Positions 38,474 to 48,004 of a stretch of 64,000 nt of DNA are shown here, piece after piece (within the stretch, counting starts at the first letter, position 1; every line of letters begins with the position of its first letter). Source of the DNA: an uncultured Acidobacteriota bacterium (GTDB lineage: Bacteria; Acidobacteriota; Thermoanaerobaculia; UBA5066; DATFVB01); contig CAWEYG010000002.1 in assembly GCA_963813155.1 (NCBI GenBank), positions 1-64,000 on the forward strand, in the 5' to 3' direction. The notes beneath the pieces were generated by a model that was not told the DNA's origin, did not search any database, and saw only the letters and a list, made by a program, of their open reading frames with translations. Position numbers and translations under genes: made by a program.

Positions 38474-40228
38474 CTAGGGCGAAGCCGGGCTCGCCTTCTT
38501 CTCCGCCGCGATCCACTCGTCGATCTTCACTTCCAGCACGTCCATCGGCAGGGCGCCGCTCCCGAGGACGGCTTCGTGGAACTTCCGGATGTCGAATTTC
38601 TCGCCGAGCGCGGCGTGCGCCTTTTCCCGCAGCTCGAAGAATTTCCGCGCGCCCATCTTGTACGCGAGCGCCTGCCCCGGGATGTCGCACGAGTAGCGCA
38701 GCGTCTCGGTCGAGATCTGGAGATCGGTCTCGAACGTGTTCTCGCGCATGTACGCGATCGCGCGATCGCGCGTCCAGCCGAGCAGGTTCATACCCGTGTC
38801 CACGACGAGCCGGTTGCAGATGAACGCCTCCATCGCGAGCCGCCCGGCGCGGTCGTACGGATCGTCGTAGAGACCCATTTCGCCGGCGATCGCGGAGGAA
38901 TACTCGCCCCAGCCCTCGACGTACGCCGTCACGTCGGTCAGGTGGCGGCGCCACTCGGGAAGCTCCGTGTTCTCCTGCTGGAGATTGAGCTGGAAGTGGT
39001 GGCCGGGAATGAGCTCGTGGGCGATCAGCGCCGGCGCGTTCAGGAGCGAGCGCTCGGAAAGCCGCGAGGCGTTGAACATGTAGTCGCCCTCGGGCGACTG
39101 CGGCGTGGGCATCTGGTAGTAGCCGAACGTCATCGCCCCTTCCAGCGCCGGGTCCAGCCGCTTCACGCCGTACGGAGCCTTCGGCATTCGCGAGAAATAC
39201 GCGGGAATCTTCGGCTCGAGCTTGCGCACCGCCGCCATCAGGCGCTGCCCGATCTCCTCCGGAGTCTTCGGGAAGAACCGCGGGTCGGTCTTCAGGAAAT
39301 GGCGGAAGTCCGCGAGCGTTCCGGCGAAACCGACCTTCTTTCGAACCTCGTCGAGGTCCCGGTTGATGCGCTCCATCTCCGAAAGCCCGATGCGGTGGAT
39401 CTCCTCCGGGGCGAGCGAGCTCCCCGTGTGGTATCGGACGAGAAACCGGTAGCAGTCGGCGCCGCCCGGGTACTGCGACAGGCCCACGCCCGCGGGAGCC
39501 TGCCGCCGGTAGTCGGAGACCAGGTAGGTCATCAGACGAGCGAAGGCCGGCGCGATCTTCAGATCGATCTTCGCCGCCACGTCCTTCCGGAACTTGTCGG
39601 CTTTCAGGCCGCGCGCGGAGAGTCGCGAGGCGGCGACCTGGAACGGGCTCTCGCTGGAGGAATGGGTGAGCGGATCGATGGACGGGACGACGAGGTCGAT
39701 TTCGTCGCGCGCGAGGACGATCCCGCGGGCGGCCGAGCCGTGGAGCTTGGCTTCGACCGTCGCCTCCTGGCGGACGAGGTCGTCGAGCAGCTTGAGATAC
39801 CGCGTCTCGTCCTCGACGCTCGAGAACCGGTAGGCGCCGAGGATGCGCCGGACCCCCGAGAAAGGGCTCGAGTACGGCGTCACCGGAAGGAAGAACGAGG
39901 AATACCGCGCCGTGTCCTGCCACGTCGTGAGCTCCCGTCGCAGCACGAGGAGCGAGATCCGCTCCTCCAGCGGCAGCGACTCCGGCGAGATCGGCGCGAG
40001 CCGGGCGAGCATCGTCGTCGCCTTCGCCGCCAGGGCGTTCGCGTGGGTGTCGGAGAGGTCCGGCAGGGCCTCGATCGGAAGTCCGAGCTCCTCGCGCAGC
40101 GCGATGTCGTCGGCCAGCGCAAGGTCCCAGTACTGCTTCGCGACCTCGGTGACGACGGGATTTTCGGCCATCGCCGGCGTCGAAAGAGCGAAGAGGGCGG
40201 CCGCCACGCAGAACAGTTTCATTTTCAC
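38474..40228 (-). CDS. DUF885 family secreted protein
   Basis: Signal peptide, HELIPGHHFQ, YVEGWGEY, RLVVDTG and PGQALAYK. Confidence 0.9.
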   Translation of the reverse strand: MKMKLFCVAAALFALSTPAMAENPVVTEVAKQYWDLALADDIALREELGLPIEALPDLSDTHANALAAKATTMLARLAPISPESLPLEERISLLVLRRELTTWQDTARYSSFFLPVTPYSSPFSGVRRILGAYRFSSVEDETRYLKLLDDLVRQEATVEAKLHGSAARGIVLARDEIDLVVPSIDPLTHSSSESPFQVAASRLSARGLKADKFRKDVAAKIDLKIAPAFARLMTYLVSDYRRQAPAGVGLSQYPGGADCYRFLVRYHTGSSLAPEEIHRIGLSEMERINRDLDEVRKKVGFAGTLADFRHFLKTDPRFFPKTPEEIGQRLMAAVRKLEPKIPAYFSRMPKAPYGVKRLDPALEGAMTFGYYQMPTPQSPEGDYMFNASRLSERSLLNAPALIAHELIPGHHFQLNLQQENTELPEWRRHLTDVTAYVEGWGEYSSAIAGEMGLYDDPYDRAGRLAMEAFICNRLVVDTGMNLLGWTRDRAIAYMRENTFETDLQISTETLRYSCDIPGQALAYKMGARKFFELREKAHAALGEKFDIRKFHEAVLGSGALPMDVLEVKIDEWIAAEKKASPASP

Positions 40229-40605
40229 AGCGAATACTCCAACACGTAAGAGTGTTTTCCGCCTTCGATCTGAATGTCCATCTTGCCCGCGATCCCGGAG
40301 AGCTCTCCCGTGCCGGAATCGGGCACGACCGTAATCGTCAGTTGCTGCGTGCCGCGCGTCATCGTGCCGCTGTGCTGCAAGACGAGGCTCCCCGACTTGC
40401 CATCGAGCTTCCCCGTGAATTTCTCGATCGCGACGTAGCCAGCCGAGCCGGATGCGACGTTGCCGGCCGTCAGCATCTCGCCCCGGCTCGTTCCCTCCAG
40501 GCCGCCCTGGTAGTGCTTGTCGAGGGACAGGCTCGAGGGAGTTTCCTGGCCAGTTCCCTGCGGCGTCAACTTGACCTCGAAGGTACCCGTGGCGCGATGA
40601 TTCAT
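40225..40605 (-). CDS. DUF3224 family protein
   Basis: ATGTFEV, SAGYVAIE, G.LDGK.GS and VVPDSGTGEL.GIAG. Confidence 0.85.
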   Translation of the reverse strand: MNHRATGTFEVKLTPQGTGQETPSSLSLDKHYQGGLEGTSRGEMLTAGNVASGSAGYVAIEKFTGKLDGKSGSLVLQHSGTMTRGTQQLTITVVPDSGTGELSGIAGKMDIQIEGGKHSYVLEYSL

Positions 40606-40670
40606 TTTCACTTCCTTTGTTATTGGAAGGATCGTAGCACCGACCGAGGCGGGGGTGGACCGGCTCGCCC

Positions 40671-41465
40671 TTACTTCACCTGCGCCGGCAACGCCTGGAT
40701 CTGCGGCACCAGAATGTCGCGGACGTAGTGCCAGTCGGGGACCGCGGCCAGGGCCCCGTCCGCATAGGCCCGAGCGACATCCCGGTTCTGGATCGCGCTG
40801 TGCGAATAGACGTACGCGAGTGTCATGAGGAGCTCGGGCGCTCCCCAGGCCGGGACCCAGTCCGCAGGCTTCTCCTTCCGCAACGACTCCGCGCGCGCAG
40901 CCTCGAGGCCTCGCCGGTAGGTGGCCGACGCCCCGACCGGATCGCTCCCTTTGGGCGACCACAGCTGGGTTCCTCCGACGAGCCACAGGGCGCGCGGATT
41001 CTCCGGTCCCCGCTCTTTCAGCTCCTTCATCAAGGGAATCATCTCTGCAAGGATCGTGGATTTCTGCTTCGCGTCGATGTCGAGGTACATCAATGCGGCC
41101 GAACAGCCGAACAGGCCGACTTTGGCCTCGATCCAGTCAGGCTTGTTTTCGAGCGACGCGCGGAAGCTCGCGACTCCGCTCTTCAAGTCGTCGCCCGCGT
41201 CGTTCGGAGTCGGGGTCTCGTTCATGCCGTTGAGCGCCCGGCGCCAGAACGCGAAACCTCGCCAGTACTCCCGGTAGCCGGCGAGCTTCGGATCCTTCAC
41301 GTCGTCCAGCGCCGGGGCGAGCCGCCGCAGCTCTTCCCGATCTCCGCGGTAGTCCGCGGCGCGGATCGAGCCCGCGAGCATCGAAAGCCGGGACTCGTCC
41401 TTCGATTGCGGAAAAGCGGGGGATGCCAGGGTCAGGGCCGCGAGCGTCAGCAATACCAGCTTCAT
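40671..41465 (-). CDS. Secreted helical (TPR-like) hypothetical protein
   Basis: GGAGGAGG RBS, signal peptide MKLVLLTLAALTLASPAF, motifs PENPR and PAWG. Confidence 0.7.
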   Translation of the reverse strand: MKLVLLTLAALTLASPAFPQSKDESRLSMLAGSIRAADYRGDREELRRLAPALDDVKDPKLAGYREYWRGFAFWRRALNGMNETPTPNDAGDDLKSGVASFRASLENKPDWIEAKVGLFGCSAALMYLDIDAKQKSTILAEMIPLMKELKERGPENPRALWLVGGTQLWSPKGSDPVGASATYRRGLEAARAESLRKEKPADWVPAWGAPELLMTLAYVYSHSAIQNRDVARAYADGALAAVPDWHYVRDILVPQIQALPAQVK

Positions 41466-41479
41466 CGTCCGACCTCCTC

Positions 41480-42073
41480 CTACTCCAGCGCCGATCTGTA
41501 GATCGAATTCTTCGGCTGCGCGAAGACGTTCCGGAGCATCGGCTCGAAGAACGCGAGCGGAAGCGTCTCTCCCTTCGGGTCGAACGCGGGGCCGTCGTAG
41601 CGCGCGCAGAACTCCTCCGTCTGCCCGTACCAGGGGGAGCCCTTCAGCGCGTCGCGCATGTCGCGATTCATGCCGATGTGGTGGAAGAAGTAGTAACCCT
41701 GGAAGATCCCGTGCTTCTCGACCATCCAGTGGTTCGCTTCGGAGACGAACGGCTTCAGGATCGCGGCCGCGATGTCCGGGTGGTTGTACGTCCCGAGCGT
41801 GTCGCCGATGTCGTGCAGAAGCGCGCACACCGTGTACTCCTCGTCGCGCCCGTCCCGATGAGCGCGTGTCGCCGTCTGCAGCGAGTGCGTCAGCCGGTCG
41901 ACGGGAAATCCCCCGAAATCGCCGTCGAGCAGGCGCAGGTGGGACAGCACGCGGTCCGGAAGCGCCTTCGCGAACGGCGCGAAGTGCGACACGATGATCT
42001 TCCAGTCGTCCTGGCTGCTCGCCTCCATCGTCGTGAAGGCGGCTCGAACGGCGGAATCGGCTTCGGTCTTCAT
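41480..42073 (-). CDS. HD-domain protein (PhnZ-like predicted phosphohydrolase/oxygenase)
   Basis: HSLQTA, LLHDIG, NH, KH and terminal YD metal ligands. Confidence 0.8.
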   Translation of the reverse strand: MKTEADSAVRAAFTTMEASSQDDWKIIVSHFAPFAKALPDRVLSHLRLLDGDFGGFPVDRLTHSLQTATRAHRDGRDEEYTVCALLHDIGDTLGTYNHPDIAAAILKPFVSEANHWMVEKHGIFQGYYFFHHIGMNRDMRDALKGSPWYGQTEEFCARYDGPAFDPKGETLPLAFFEPMLRNVFAQPKNSIYRSALE

Positions 42074-44131
42074 GGCCTTCCTCCGTGGCGAAGGCGGATG
42101 GTAGCGGCGCCGGCTTGCCGAGAACGTAATGCTCGAGCCAATCCACCTCCGAGCGGATCTTCGTTTTCTTGTGCGACGGCTTCGCGAAGATGTGGCTTTC
42201 GCCCGGGAACAGCAGCAGCTCCGCCGGCACGCCGCGCCACAGAAGGTTGTTGTACATCTCTTTCGCCTGAGCGGGCGAAACGCCGTCGCGTTCCCCGGCC
42301 ACGATCAGCGTGGGCGTCTTCGCGGTCTGGACGCTTCCGATCGGCGTCTCGTTCCACCAGTGCTGGAAATCCTCCCAGGGGGCCTTGCCGCCGAAAAAGA
42401 CGTCGGCCCAGAACCTTCCCCTGCCCGTTGCGCAGAGCGAAATGCCGTCCCACACGCCCGCTCCGGTCACGATCGCCTGAAAAATGTTCGTTCGCCCGAC
42501 GAGGCACTTCGTGAGGCCGCCTCCGCCGCTGTAGCCAATCACGCCGACGCGCTTCGGGTCCGCCCAGCCGCGCGCGACGAGGCTCTCGACGCCGCGGATC
42601 ACGTCTTCGGAAGGAAGAGAGCAGAAGTGATCCTGGATCCCGCGCGTGAATTCGTCGCCGCGCCCGCCGCTGCCGCGGTAGTTCGCGTTGAGCACGAGAA
42701 AGCCGCGCGCGGCCAGGAGCGACGGATAGGACGTGTACGAGCTATAGAGATCGAGGGCTTCGATCCGCGCCACGCCGAACGGACCGCCGTGGAGATCGAC
42801 GATCAGCGGCAGCCCGCGCTCTCCCTTGTGACCCGGCGGCCAGTCGAGGACGCCTTCGACGGTCGCGCCGTCTTCACTCTTCCAGGAGACGGTCTCGATC
42901 TCCGGCAGAGGGCTTTTCGAGAGGACGGCGTTGAACGCGGTGACGGCCTTCGCCGTCGCGGCGCCGGCAGGCCCCTCGGCGACGTAGAGCTCCGCGAAAT
43001 GACCGGGATCGCCCGCGACGAACGCGATGCGCTTTCCGTCCCGGGAAGCCGAGAGATTCGAGACCCAGCCCCGCTGATCGCGCAGGTGCCGCGTCTTTCC
43101 GGTCGCGGGATCGATCAGGAACACTCGCATGCGGGTGGAAACGCTCGCGCTCGTGAGGAGAGTGCCGTCCGCGAGCGGGACGACCTCGCCGAGGCTGCCC
43201 TCCATCGCGGGCGCGACGCGAGAAAGACCCAGTTCTCCCGCCCGGGCGTTCGGCGTCCGCTCGGAACAGGCGCGGCTCCGTCACCACGAATCGCCCGTCC
43301 CGGGCCTCGCCCATGCCGGACACGAAGAGGTTGTCCCCCACCCAGAAGACGTGATCCTCCAGAATCGAGGTTGTGGGTCCGCCGCACCGAGGAGGCCGGA
43401 TCGCCCCCGGCCAGCGGCAGAAGCGCCACCTCCGAGCTCTCGATCGATTCGCTCGCGCCGCTTCCGAGGACAGCGACCGAGCGCCCGTCGGGAGAAACCG
43501 CGAGCGCCTCGAGCTCGTCGAAGGGCGCCGCGAAAAGGCGCTCGACGCGGCCGTCGGCCAGGGCAATTTTCGAGAGAGACGATCCGAGCCGGCGGCGCCG
43601 GAAGCCGCATCGACGTCGCCGTCGGGATTCTTCGTCCCCGGCGAGGTTTCCGGCGCCGGGTCCGCGGCCGAGACGACGAAGCCCGATCCGTCCGGGAAGC
43701 CAGTCGTAGAGATCGATTCCATCCGGAAAACGATCGGCGCTCGTGACCGCTCGCGGCTTGCTTTCCGGAGAAGGCGCGATCGTGACGACCTGAGCGCCCG
43801 CGCCCGGAGCGGAAGACTCGAGATACGACAGAAGCTTGCCGTCGGGAGACCAATGAATGTTCGAAGAGCGTCCCGTCTCCGCGATCCGAACGGGAGGTCC
43901 CGTCCGGCCTCCCCCCGGGAAATCGATCCGCCACAGCGTGAACACCTCGCGATCCTTCCCGAAATCGTTTTCGCGAAGCAGAAAGGCGAGCCGCGAACCG
44001 TCGGGCGAAACCTGGACTTCGTCGAACGATTTCTCGCCGAGAAACGTCTCGATGTCCGAAAGGTCCGCGGCGGCGGCCGAGAGAGCGCGCAGACACACGA
44101 GGACGGCGAAGCACAACGCGGCCTTTTTCAT
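42070..44131 (-). CDS. S9 prolyl oligopeptidase family peptidase with several frameshifts
   Basis: Signal peptide, PD40-like SPDG repeats, HGGP, NYRGS, GYSGGG, catalytic D (ERDG) and H (GESH). Pieces are spread over three frames. Confidence 0.75.
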
Positions 44132-44671
44132 GTTCGAACCTCGAGACAACTCTACAAGAGGAAGGTGGCCGGCGTCCGGGGCACCGTATTTCAAATAGGG
44201 CAGCAGATCCGTGTGGTGGCCGATCATCTTCCACTTCCCGCTTTCCTTGCGGAAGACGTTCGTCGCGCGGATGGAGAGCTTCTGCCGCTCCCCTTTCGCG
44301 TTCGTGTTTTCGCCGTTTTCGAAGTTGCTCGTCACCGCGATGTCGCGGCCGACGGTGACCCGCATGTCCGCCGCCTCGACGGAGCCCCCGAGCTTCATCG
44401 CGGCCTGCGCCTTCCAGTTTTCGAGAACCTTCGGCCACCCGACCTGGAACCCGCCGCCGGGCCCCATGTACGTCACGTCGTCCGCGTGCGACCAGACTTC
44501 CGTCATCGGGCCCAGGTCTCCCGTGAACATCCGGTTCAACGCGGCGTAGAACTGCGCGGCGGCCGCCCGCACCGCTTTTTCGTCGCCTGCCGCCGCTTTC
44601 GGAGAGGCGGAGGCGACGCTCCCGCATGCGAGGAGAAACAGCGAAACCCAGACCGCCAACCTATTCTTCAT
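44132..44671 (-). CDS. Secreted SnoaL/NTF2-like (DUF4440) protein; 3' end uncertain
   Basis: FYAALN..GD..M..VW and RATNVFR..G.WKMIGHH. No stop codon before the S9 ATG in this read. Confidence 0.75.
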
Positions 44672-44701
44672 GTGATACCTCATTTGAATTCTCCCACTTC
44701 G

Positions 44702-44745
44702 CCCTCTCCATCTGGAGAGGGGGGACCGCGCAGCGGTGGGTGAGG
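44702..44745 (+). repeat. REP-like palindrome (CCCTCTCC..GGAGAGGG..GGGTGAGG)
   Basis: Read directly from the sequence; same family as the repeats at 45595-46421. Confidence 0.8.
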
Positions 44746-44762
44746 TCGAGGCCACCCGGAGC

Positions 44763-44787
44763 GATTCCCGCGTTCGCGGGAATGACG
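44763..44787 (-). repeat. CGTC-tagged REP (CGTCATTCCCGCGAACGCGGGAATC)
   Basis: Perfect ATTCCCGCG/CGCGGGAAT palindrome preceded by a CGTC tag. Confidence 0.75.
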
Positions 44788-44800
44788 GGGCGCCGAGCCT

Positions 44801-45109
44801 TTACGGCAGCAGCGTCCCCATTGTTTTCGCGATTTCTTCCGCGGCCATACGATCGAAGACCCCGCTCAACGGGACTTCCGGGTAGCCCTTCGCGTCGTAC
44901 CACATGAACCAGAAGGCTTCCCGATCCGGGTTCTTGCGGTCGCGCACGTGCTCGAGCCACAGGCTGCGGTCGGTGTCGGCGTAGAGAGACCCGGCGAAGA
45001 CGCTTCCCTTGAACGTTCCCTTCCCATGGGCATGCCCCTCGGGCTTCGTCTCGAAAAAGCGGTTCTGACAGGTGAATGGGATTGCGTTGATGCGATGGTC
45101 GACTGGCAT
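44801..45109 (-). CDS. Hypothetical protein, 102 aa
   Basis: GGAGG RBS and a globular, aromatic-rich sequence. Confidence 0.6.
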   Translation of the reverse strand: MPVDHRINAIPFTCQNRFFETKPEGHAHGKGTFKGSVFAGSLYADTDRSLWLEHVRDRKNPDREAFWFMWYDAKGYPEVPLSGVFDRMAAEEIAKTMGTLLP

Positions 45110-45224
45110 GTCGCCTCCGTTCCGGACTCGTTTGGCAGACCCAGTCTACTCTTCTGCGGATGTTGCCTCTCTCACCCGGCCAACGACATCCCTTTCGCGG
45201 GAACCTGGGCTACGCTTCGACGGA

Positions 45225-45593
45225 ATGCCACGATTGCCAAAATTCAAATCCGTTCTCGCAAACGCAAGAAGCCTCCGGGTCTCCCAGACGAGAGCGGAAA
45301 CGAGGCTCTGGCGCGAACTTCGAGGACGCCGCTTCGATGGCTTCAAATTCCGCCGTCAACAGCCGATCGGTCCGTACATCGCGGATTTTTGCTGTTTCGA
45401 GGCAAAACTGACGATTGAGCTCGATGGAGGAGGGCACTCCGACAAAGACGTCGCCGCCTATGACCGGCAGCGAACGGAATACATGACGAGCCTCGGCCTC
45501 CGCGAGCTCCGTTTCTGGAACAGTTACGTGTCGGACAATCTTGAGGAGACGCTGCGGGTGATCGAGCGAGCGTTGGAAGAGGCACGCACCTGA
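45225..45593 (+). CDS. DUF559 / Vsr-like endonuclease
   Basis: AR.LR..T.AE..LW, KFRRQQPIGPYIADF, IELDGGGH and RFWN. Confidence 0.9.
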   Translation: MPRLPKFKSVLANARSLRVSQTRAETRLWRELRGRRFDGFKFRRQQPIGPYIADFCCFEAKLTIELDGGGHSDKDVAAYDRQRTEYMTSLGLRELRFWNSYVSDNLEETLRVIERALEEART

Positions 45594-45594
45594 G

Positions 45595-45711
45595 CCCACC
45601 CTCACCCGCGCACCTTACGGTGCTTGCCCTCTCCCATCGAGGGAGAGGGCGGAAGAACCCCTCTCCCCCTGTGGGAGAGGGAAGAGCGCCGCAGGCGCGA
45701 AGGGTGAGGGG
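45595..45711. repeat. Inverted REP doublet directly after DUF559
   Basis: CCCTCACCC..CCCTCTCCCATCGAGGGAGAGGG followed by CCCTCTCCCCCTGTGGGAGAGGG..GGGTGAGGGG. Confidence 0.85.
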
Positions 45712-45724
45712 TAGGCGCCCGGGG

Positions 45725-46270
45725 TTACTTCTCTTTCGGCATCGACCAGGGCGGCACGACGCCGTTCATCCGGGCGTAGGCGATCGACTGCCCCAGGTGC
45801 TCGTGGAGGTGGCTCATGGTGACGGAGTAGACCCCCCGGACGGTCGTGTCGTTGCCGAACAGCTTCGCCGGCTTCTCGAGGTCCGCGTCCGACGCGTTCG
45901 TGATCGCCTGCCGCAGGTTCGCGAAAGAGGCTTTCAGGGCTTCCGCGACCTTCGCCTTGTCGGTGATCTTCTCCATGTCGGGGGAAAGACCGGCCGGCTT
46001 CGGAACGCCTGCGAACCCGAGCAGGAAGTAGTTCGCGCCCGCGATGTGCATGTACACCTCGGAGATGGAGCGCACGCCCTCCGCGGGACGCCACGTGTAC
46101 TTTGCCTCGGGCACCGCGGCCGCGAGGCCTTCGATCTTCTTTTCGACGTCGTCGAGCTGCCAGAGGTACTCGCCGCGGTAGCCTTTCGGCATGTCCGCCG
46201 CGCGGAGGCGCGGTGCGGCGAGGGTCGCGGTCATCGTCAGCAGGAGGAAGGCCAGGATCGTTCGTTTCAT
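45725..46270 (-). CDS. Secreted DinB family protein
   Basis: WRPAEGVRS..E..H, H..EH.GQ...Y.R and VPPW. Confidence 0.88.
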   Translation of the reverse strand: MKRTILAFLLLTMTATLAAPRLRAADMPKGYRGEYLWQLDDVEKKIEGLAAAVPEAKYTWRPAEGVRSISEVYMHIAGANYFLLGFAGVPKPAGLSPDMEKITDKAKVAEALKASFANLRQAITNASDADLEKPAKLFGNDTTVRGVYSVTMSHLHEHLGQSIAYARMNGVVPPWSMPKEK

Positions 46271-46306
46271 TTTTTCTCCTTTTCGAACTTGAGAATCTTA
46301 CCCTTA

Positions 46307-46421
46307 CCCTCTCCCCTTGTGGGAGAGGATAGAGCGAAGCGAGGGTGAGGGGTAGCCGCCGGAACACCCCACCCTCACCCGCGCACCTTCGGTGCTTGCC
46401 CTCTCCCATCGAGGGAGAGGG
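46307..46421. repeat. Second REP doublet
   Basis: 46368-46421 matches 45595-45649 apart from a 1-nt indel. Confidence 0.85.
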
Positions 46422-47145
46422 AGACTCTCCCCTTCTCCCGCAGCCGCAGCACGGCTTCCCGCGACGCGTTCAGGAGCTCATCGCGGTCCGCGACGGTTTT
46501 TCCCGCGGTCGCGATCGGGTCACCGATCTCGATTGCGACGGGACCGGGCGTCAGGAAGAACGAGCCCTTCTTCAGGATCGGGAACGTCCCGGCGAGGCCG
46601 ACCGGCACGATCGGGTGGCCCGTCTTCAGCGCGATCAGCACTCCTCCCTTTTTGAACGGCAGCAGCTCACCGGTCTGCGTGCGCGTCTGCTCCGGAAAGA
46701 TGATCAGCGATTTCCCCCGCTTCAGCTTCTTCGCGGCCTTCTCCAGCGATGCGGCCGCGTTCCTGCGGTCGAAGCGGTCGACCGGCACGAAGCCTGCCGC
46801 GGCCATCGACCAGCCCAGGATCGGAAGGTAGAAGAGCCCCTGTTTCGCGAGGAAGCGGATCTGGCCCGGGAGATACGCGAACAACACGAGGATGTCGTAG
46901 AACGATTCGTGGTTCGCGAAGTAGATGTAGCTCGCGGACGGATCGATCCTGTCCCCTCCGGCCGCTTTGACCTTCACGCCCGTCGCGAACAGGAGGGTCC
47001 GCGCCCAGCCGCGCGCGAACATGAGGTACCAGTCGCCCCGCGGCGGCACGAACGCGGCGAAAATCGAAGGAATTCCGAACAAGATCGTCGCTCCGACGAT
47101 GACGAACCACGCGAACAGCGAGCGGAAGAACCGCAATCGCTTCAT
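46375..47145 (-). CDS. plsC: 1-acyl-sn-glycerol-3-phosphate acyltransferase
   Basis: NHESFYD, FLAK, VDR and FPEQTR motifs. The C-terminus and stop codon are supplied by a REP. Confidence 0.88.
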   Translation of the reverse strand: MKRLRFFRSLFAWFVIVGATILFGIPSIFAAFVPPRGDWYLMFARGWARTLLFATGVKVKAAGGDRIDPSASYIYFANHESFYDILVLFAYLPGQIRFLAKQGLFYLPILGWSMAAAGFVPVDRFDRRNAAASLEKAAKKLKRGKSLIIFPEQTRTQTGELLPFKKGGVLIALKTGHPIVPVGLAGTFPILKKGSFFLTPGPVAIEIGDPIATAGKTVADRDELLNASREAVLRLREKGRVSLSLDGRGQAPKVRG

Positions 47146-47182
47146 CTTAACGCGGCCCCTTCATTTGATACGATCGGCCGGA

Positions 47183-48004
47183 ATGGGCGAACAGGGCGAG
47201 ACGACCGTTTTCTACCGCAATTTGCGGTGGTTCCGCTTCATCGACCGCTTCGGGCGGAAGGGGTCGTCGATGCTCGACTACCTCGGCGGGATCACCGAGT
47301 TGACGGGCGCCGCGATCGCGGGCGCGTTTCGCCGCCCGTTCTACCAGCAGGAAATCCTCCACCAGATGGACGAAAACGGCGTCAAGTCCTTGGGAATCAC
47401 GAACATCACCGCTCTCTTCACGGGGATGGTGCTGGCCCTGCAAACCGCTTATTCGCTGGCGGCGTTCGGCGGAAAGCTGTTCATCGGGAGGGTCGTCTCC
47501 CTGTCGCTCGTGCGCGAGCTCGGGCCGGTGCTGACCGCGCTGATGGTCGGCGGCCGCGTGGGGGCGGGCATCACCGCGGAGCTCGGCTCGATGACCGTGA
47601 CGGAGCAGGTCGACGCTCTGCGCGCCATGGCCGTTTCTCCGGTGAAGCGGCTCGTGACGCCGCGCGTCATCGCCGTGTTCTTCATGCTGCCGCTGCTGAC
47701 GGCGCTCGCCGATCTGCTCGGCATCCTGGGCGGCCTCGCGATCGCGGTCTGGGAGCTGTCGATGACGGCATCCTTCTACTTCAACAGCATCTGGAACCAG
47801 CTGCGGATCTCCGACATCGCGAGCGGCCTCGGGAAGTCGTTCTTCTTCGCTCTGGAGATCGCGTTGATCGGCTGCTACAACGGCCTGAACGTCAAAGGCG
47901 GCGCTGCCTCGGTCGGGCGCGCCACGACGCAGACGGTCGTCGCGGCGTCGATCTCGATTCTCGTGTCGGACTTCTTCCTCACGAAGCTGTTCCTCGCCCT
48001 ATGA
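47183..48004 (+). CDS. mlaE: MlaE lipid ABC permease
   Basis: RELGPVLTA, AELGSM..EQVDAL and VG.ATT..VV. Confidence 0.92.
   Translation: MGEQGETTVFYRNLRWFRFIDRFGRKGSSMLDYLGGITELTGAAIAGAFRRPFYQQEILHQMDENGVKSLGITNITALFTGMVLALQTAYSLAAFGGKLFIGRVVSLSLVRELGPVLTALMVGGRVGAGITAELGSMTVTEQVDALRAMAVSPVKRLVTPRVIAVFFMLPLLTALADLLGILGGLAIAVWELSMTASFYFNSIWNQLRISDIASGLGKSFFFALEIALIGCYNGLNVKGGAASVGRATTQTVVAASISILVSDFFLTKLFLAL

Noticed and set aside
44702-46421. Repeat cluster as a CRISPR array
   Set aside because: Units are variable, occur in both orientations, are separated by whole genes, lack regular spacers, and there are no cas genes.
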